Below, piece after piece: positions 60,904 through 64,000 of a DNA stretch of 64,000 bases (within the stretch, counting starts at the first letter, position 1; the number at the start of each line of letters is the position of its first letter). The notes below the pieces were generated by a model, which saw only the letters and a list, made by a program, of their open reading frames with translations, was not told where the DNA came from and did no database searches. The DNA is from Bacteroidales bacterium. Its GTDB lineage: Bacteria; Bacteroidota; Bacteroidia; Bacteroidales; BM520. The translations under genes and the position numbers were made by a program. The stretch is taken from assembly GCA_016285515.1 (NCBI GenBank), contig JAEEQW010000011.1:1165-65164 (forward strand), in the 5' to 3' direction.

Positions 60904-61509
60904 ATGGCAATTAAGTTTCAATATAATAAGACATCGTTGCAGGAACTCAACAAACAGCTGAAGGTACGGCAAAACACACTGCCTACCATAAAGAACAAGG
61001 AGTCTGCATTGCGTCTTGAAGTAAAGAAAACGAAGAACGAGGTGATTACACTTGCCAACGACTTTGAAGAACAAATTGCCTCTTACTCTGATATGTATCC
61101 ATTATGGGGTGAATTTGACCAAAGCCTGCTTAAGATTGATGATGTGATTCTTACCACCCAAAAAATTGCCGGCGTACAAACTCCTGTTCTTGAGGATATC
61201 AAATACAGCATCAACGACTTCTTTCTGATGAATAAACCTTCGTGGTATTATGACGGTATCACTATCCTGAAACTCATCTCCAAAACTGTCATCGAAAAGG
61301 AAGTTGCCGAACGTAAACTTGAACTCCTGGAATATGCCCGCAAAAAAACCACCCAGAAAGTGAATTTGTATGAAAAAGTCCAGATACCCGGACTTCAAGA
61401 TGCAATTTTAAAGATAAAACGTTATCTGGAAGATGAGGATAATCTTACCAAATCCGCCCAGAAAATCGTCAAAGCGAGACAAAACATGAGAAAGGAGACT
61501 GAAGAATGA
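60904..61509 (+). CDS. ntpD: V-type ATP synthase subunit D
   Basis: LPTIKNKESAL, KTTQKVNLYEKVQIP. Confidence 0.94.
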   Translation: MAIKFQYNKTSLQELNKQLKVRQNTLPTIKNKESALRLEVKKTKNEVITLANDFEEQIASYSDMYPLWGEFDQSLLKIDDVILTTQKIAGVQTPVLEDIKYSINDFFLMNKPSWYYDGITILKLISKTVIEKEVAERKLELLEYARKKTTQKVNLYEKVQIPGLQDAILKIKRYLEDEDNLTKSAQKIVKARQNMRKETEE

Positions 61510-63341
61510 TTGAAAAAATGCGCAAATACTCATTCCTCGTTTATCATAATGATTATGACACTTTCGTGGAAAAACTTTACGAACTCGGTGTCATTGATAT
61601 CATTGAAAAAGAGAAAGTCTCTGTAATAAATGAAAAACTGGAAGACAAACTGTCTCTGATGAAACAGTATGCATCAGCGGAGAAATACCTTGAAAATATA
61701 CTGAAAACGCCTGCTGATTCAGTTCCTTTCACACCTTCGTGTGACATGCTTATAGATGATTATAAGTTACTCAGGGATAAAAAAGACACAATTAAGCAAC
61801 AACAGCTGCAAGTCAAAAAGGATATTGAATCCCTCACCCCATGGGGTGATTTCGATTTGAGCACCATTGACAAAATTACCGAAGCCGGATATTATTTCAA
61901 CTTCTTCACATGTACGAAAAAACATTTTAATGAGGAATGGAAAGAAAAGTACAATGCAATTATTGTGTATGAATCCAATACCAATTATTGTTTTGTTACA
62001 GTCACCAAAGAAAACGACGTGACTATAGAAGCTGATAAGGTAAAACTTCCGGAACGTTCCCTCAATGAACTTACGGCACAGTATGCTGCGCTGAATGAAG
62101 AAGGCGATAAAATATCGGCACAATTGACATTTTTCGCACAAAACTATCTTCCAGAATTAAAAGCGGAATACGATGCACTGCGTACAGAATTCGATTTTTC
62201 AAAGGTAAAACTCAATACCGAGTCTGTTGCTGATGAAAAGGTCAAACTCATAGAAGGCTGGGTTCCGGAATCAAAAAATGAAGCTTTGGAAAGCTACTTG
62301 CATGAAAATGGAGTTCTTTATACATCACGTGAACCTGACACATCAAAGGACAATATTCCTATATTACTGAAAAACAACAGATTCAATAAACTTTTTGAAC
62401 CATTGGGTGAACTTTACACCCTGCCAGCTTATGGTGAAATCGACCTAACCCCGTTCTTTGCACCATTCTATATGCTGTTCTTCGGACTCTGTCTGGGCGA
62501 TGCAGGATATGGACTTATTATGGCTGTTGCTGCATTCATTCTTGCTGCCAAGGCAAAACCAAGTATGAAAGGTATTTTCAGACTTGCCGGATGTCTTGGT
62601 GTTGCAACAGTGATAATGGGATTTATCAGTGGAACATTCTTTGGAGTCAGTCTGATTGACGCAAATATCCCTTGGCTTGAAAAGTTCAAGAAATATATGA
62701 TGGATTCCGACAAGCTGTTTACGAACTCACTGATATTGGGTGCCATACAGATTGTTTTCGGTATGTTCATCAAAATTTTCAACGAATTCAAACAAAAAAG
62801 ATACAGCGGTGGCATAGTCACTATAGGGTGGCTGTTGATTATCTTGGGATGTGGAGGAACGTTTGCTTTGTCACATTTCAATGTAATTGACCAGTCAACT
62901 GCCAAAATAATGTATTACGTCTTCGGAATAAGTGGCGGAATATGTGTTTTCTTACTAAACAACCTGAACTTCAACAAGAAGAATCTTTTCGGAATACTCA
63001 ATATAGGCTCAGGACTGTGGAACACATACAATATGGCAACAGGTATCTTAGGTGATGTACTGTCATATATCCGTTTGTTCGCACTTGGAATCTCTGGCTC
63101 GGTAATGGGATTTGTATTCAACAGCCTTGCAATGGATTTAAGTCCTGATATTCCAGTTCTCAAGCAAGTTGTCATGCTGATAATTCTGCTGATAGGACAT
63201 GGTATGAACATTTTTATGTCTGCATTGAGTGCCTTTGTTCATCCAATGCGACTGACTTTTGTGGAATTTTATAAAAACTCAGGCTTTACCGGTGGCGGAA
63301 AGAAATACAAGCCATTTGGTAAAGTTGCTGAACAACAATAA
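61506..63341 (+). CDS. ntpI: V-type ATP synthase subunit I
   Basis: EGWVP, PAYGEIDLT, GDAGYG, LSYIRLFAL, HPMRLTFVEF. Confidence 0.95.
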   Translation: MIEKMRKYSFLVYHNDYDTFVEKLYELGVIDIIEKEKVSVINEKLEDKLSLMKQYASAEKYLENILKTPADSVPFTPSCDMLIDDYKLLRDKKDTIKQQQLQVKKDIESLTPWGDFDLSTIDKITEAGYYFNFFTCTKKHFNEEWKEKYNAIIVYESNTNYCFVTVTKENDVTIEADKVKLPERSLNELTAQYAALNEEGDKISAQLTFFAQNYLPELKAEYDALRTEFDFSKVKLNTESVADEKVKLIEGWVPESKNEALESYLHENGVLYTSREPDTSKDNIPILLKNNRFNKLFEPLGELYTLPAYGEIDLTPFFAPFYMLFFGLCLGDAGYGLIMAVAAFILAAKAKPSMKGIFRLAGCLGVATVIMGFISGTFFGVSLIDANIPWLEKFKKYMMDSDKLFTNSLILGAIQIVFGMFIKIFNEFKQKRYSGGIVTIGWLLIILGCGGTFALSHFNVIDQSTAKIMYYVFGISGGICVFLLNNLNFNKKNLFGILNIGSGLWNTYNMATGILGDVLSYIRLFALGISGSVMGFVFNSLAMDLSPDIPVLKQVVMLIILLIGHGMNIFMSALSAFVHPMRLTFVEFYKNSGFTGGGKKYKPFGKVAEQQ

Positions 63342-63379
63342 ATTATGCAATCAATAAATATTAATAAATAAAATTTTAA

Positions 63380-63829
<450 letters not shown>

Positions 63830-63850
63830 TCCTTAAAAAACATTCCAGAT

Positions 63851-63889
63851 CACATAGAGACGCATTATTTTTGCGTCTCTATGTGTTTT
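63851..63889 (+). terminator. Terminator built on a REP-like palindrome
   Basis: cacatagagacgca-ttatttt-tgcgtctctatgtg followed by tttt. Confidence 0.75.
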
Positions 63890-63904
63890 ATAACTGTCTG
63901 AATT

Positions 63905-64000
63905 ATGACATATAATCTGTCTGATATCAATGACATCCATACACATCATGATTATGATGACGGCACAGTATATGTCAAAAATCTTCAACTTAAAGAGCTG
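63905..64000 (+). CDS. Probable TatD-family hydrolase, 5' end only
   Basis: MTYNLSDINDIHTHHDY... contains the DxHxH motif and is open to the window edge. Confidence 0.55.
   Translation, partial: MTYNLSDINDIHTHHDYDDGTVYVKNLQLKEL

Overview
AT-rich chromosomal window from a Bacteroidales (Bacteroidota) bacterium, judged from recurrent TAnnTTTG promoters, porX, PorE-like and T9SS C-terminal-domain (CTD) cargo proteins. It is mostly housekeeping: tRNA-Arg(ACG), argF, Pif1/HRDC helicase, tcdA, MATE, trxA, porX-tsaE-aroB-aroA, tex, rpsO-pnp, galM, nfo, a LytS/LytTR pair, folD, ffh, thyA, nupC, sbcDC and a V-type ATPase operon E-C-A-B-D-I-K with a Na+ signature. Secreted proteins include a PNGase F-II-like enzyme, an Omp28-like protein and a C25 peptidase. 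The one clearly accessory locus is ~29.0-36.5 kb. It holds a 1675-aa T9SS protein (cohesin-like head, 17 acidic ~74-aa repeats, dockerin, CTD), a 5'-truncated paralog fragment with a different dockerin, an internally deleted IS5-family remnant carrying an outward-facing promoter motif, and a BspA-type LRR protein that ends in a close copy of the large protein's dockerin but has no CTD. This looks like a non-cellulosomal cohesin-dockerin surface display system assembled by module shuffling. All domain calls are by eye from motifs; no database searches were run. No CRISPR array, prophage or reverse transcriptase was seen.
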